Positions 21,388 to 23,361 of a stretch of 23,361 nucleotides of DNA are shown piece after piece. The stretch's first letter is position 1. Every line of letters starts with the position of its first letter. A program made the position numbers and the translations under genes. Source of the DNA: Octopus sinensis. Lineage: Eukaryota. Below the pieces are notes generated by a model. It was not told where the DNA came from and made no database searches. It saw nothing but the letters and a program-made list of their open reading frames with translations. Location: contig NW_021836625.1 in the NCBI RefSeq assembly GCF_006345805.1, positions 1 to 23,361 of the forward strand, written 5' to 3'.

Positions 21388-21687
21388 TTCTCTTTTACTT
21401 GTTTCAGTCATTTGACTGCGGCCATGCTGGAGCACCGCCTTTAATCGAGCAACTCGACCGCGGGACTTATTCTTTTGTAAGCTCAGTACTTATTCTATCG
21501 GTCTCTTTTGCCGAACCGCCAAGTAACGGGCTTCTTTCAGTTTCCGTCTACCAAATCCACTGACAAGGCTTTGGTCCGCCCGAGGCTATAGTAGAAGACA
21601 CTTGCCCTAGGTGCCACGCAGTGGAACTGAACCCGGAACCATGTGGTTGGTAAACAAGCTACTTACCACACAGCCACTCCTGCGCCT
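21388..21687 (-). mobile_element. tRNA-derived SINE family A, copy lacking the central microsatellite segment
   Basis: Reverse complement starts AGGCGCAGGAGTGGCTGTGTGGTAAGTAGC and ends GACTGAAACAAGTAAAAGAGAA. Head and tail match 18253-18724 and are joined near 21529. Confidence 0.9.
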
Positions 21688-22009
21688 GTATGTGTCATGT
21701 TTCTTTTAATCTTCGTTCTGTGATGATTTGGCTAAGTGTTCTTGAGTTGTCTTTTTATTGTCTTCATTAATTATGTGATTTTGCCAGAACCATCATCAGA
21801 ATCCTACACCATCATCATCATCGTCGTCATCGTCGTCGTCTCATCGTAATCGTCATCACAATCGCCGTTGTCACCAGTGGGACGACATTCCCATACCAAT
21901 AAGCCATGTTGGTTTGCCGACATCTGAATGTCTCATTTGCATACGCCAGGACTACAGCTAACAGCAGGAGTTCGCTAAATGAAATAAATGCTCCTGGTCG
22001 TTGACTGTT

Positions 22010-22010
22010 G

Positions 22011-22075
<65 letters not shown>

Positions 22076-22085
22076 CATCATCATC

Positions 22086-22126
<41 letters not shown>

Positions 22127-22201
22127 TATCATCATCATTATTATTATATTATTATTATCATTATTATTATTATCAATATTATTATTATTATTATTATTAT
22201 T

Positions 22202-22251
<50 letters not shown>

Positions 22252-22372
22252 TATCATCATCATTATTATTATTATTATTATTATTATCATTATTATTATT
22301 ATCAATATTATTATTATTATTATTATTATTGTTATTGTTGTTGTTGTTGTTATTATTATTATTATTATTATC

Positions 22373-22416
<44 letters not shown>

Positions 22417-22419
22417 CAA

Positions 22420-22455
<36 letters not shown>

Positions 22456-22473
22456 TACTACTACTACTACTAT
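22010..22473. repeat. (ATT)n/(ATC)n/(GTT)n/(ACT)n trinucleotide complex
   Basis: Read directly. It explains the poly-Ile/Tyr/His ORFs. Confidence 0.97.
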
Positions 22474-22876
22474 GACATTCAGGTAATCCTGACCAAGAGA
22501 AGCAGTTACTTCTACTATTAATACTACACCTACTATTCTACTTCTAGTACTACTAAAACTACTATTCCCCATTACAGCAACTATTACAAAGACAGCGACC
22601 ACAACCACCGCTACTACTACAACTATTTGTCGAAAACCAACAACAACTAATGCAATATTAGCAGTGAGCAACGTGTTCCCATCTAACAGTTCAGCTTCAT
22701 CATTCATAGTTATTGAACAGCATCAGTTGAAATAATATTGATATTACAAAAGCAATCAATCATTCCGAAGGTAACAACAGATCGACATTGTAACGCCATC
22801 TTACATACAAAGAGTTGAACGACCGCATTTGTTTCACATAGTATTCCACAGATAATATCGCTCATTCAGCATTAAA

Positions 22877-22965
22877 TAGATAGATAGATAGATAGACAGA
22901 CAAGCAGACAGACAGATAGACAGACAGACAGACAGACAGATAGACAGACAGATAGAGAGATAGAG

Positions 22966-23029
<64 letters not shown>

Positions 23030-23070
23030 GGGGGAATAGAGAGAGAGAGAGAGAGATAGATAGATAGATA
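22877..23070. repeat. (GATA)n/(GACA)n/(GA)n microsatellite
   Basis: Read directly from the sequence. Confidence 0.95.
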
Positions 23071-23361
23071 TGTTTCTTTATTAGCCACACAGGGCTGCAC
23101 ACAGATAGAACAAACTACAAGGTAGAGCTTTTCTTTTGAAGGTTTAAAAAAAAAAAAAAAAAAAAAAGGAAGGGGGAGTTTCGATCAAAAGGGATCGTAA
23201 AAGGAGAGAAAGAGGAGAAAAAAAAGGGGGGGTTCAGAAAAAAAAAAGGGGGGGGGAGAGGAAAAAAAAAAAAAAAAAAAAATTGATCAATAGGGATCGT
23301 TATCACAGAAATGTCAATATGAAGTGTAAAGGGGAGGACAGGTGAGGTTTACCGTGGAAAG
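23071..23361 (-). mobile_element. 3' UTR of a second, related Tx1-like LINE (continues beyond the window)
   Basis: The reverse complement shares GATCCCTATTGATCAA (23283-23298 vs 15556-15571), AGCCCTGTGTGGCTA (23082-23096 vs 15664-15678) and AATAAA in the same order. It is followed by (ATCT)n. Confidence 0.8.

Noticed and set aside
19563-22707. Numerous Tyr/Ile/Met/Val-rich ORFs
   Set aside because: Translations of (TA)n, (TATG)n, (ATT)n and (ATC)n repeats.

Overview
Repeat-dense, AT-rich eukaryotic DNA with no supportable host protein-coding gene. It is probably intergenic or intronic. The SINE families and microsatellite load suggest a cephalopod (Octopus-like) genome; this is an inference from recognition, not a search result. 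Main contents: (1) a 5'-truncated Penelope-like element (PLE) with a GIY-YIG endonuclease remnant, plus several short PLE 3' ends carrying minimal type I hammerhead ribozyme motifs, two of them arranged as foldback (inverted) mini-elements between TA repeats; (2) a near full-length, decayed L1/Tx1-clade LINE (about 10280-15690) sitting in a (TCTA)n tract, and a second related 3' end at the window edge, also abutting (TCTA)n; (3) a Helitron cluster (about 5744-8217) with a PIF1 helicase remnant, a 166-bp tandem array and a palindromic 3' end; (4) a 1080-bp solo LTR with a TG..CA terminal inverted repeat and ATAT target-site duplication; (5) five tRNA-derived SINE copies from three families; (6) many microsatellites, which explain almost all ORFs in the supplied track. 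The most interesting signals are the hammerhead-bearing PLE termini and foldbacks, the apparent (GATA)n targeting of the Tx1 family, and possible splice signals bracketing LINE ORF1.
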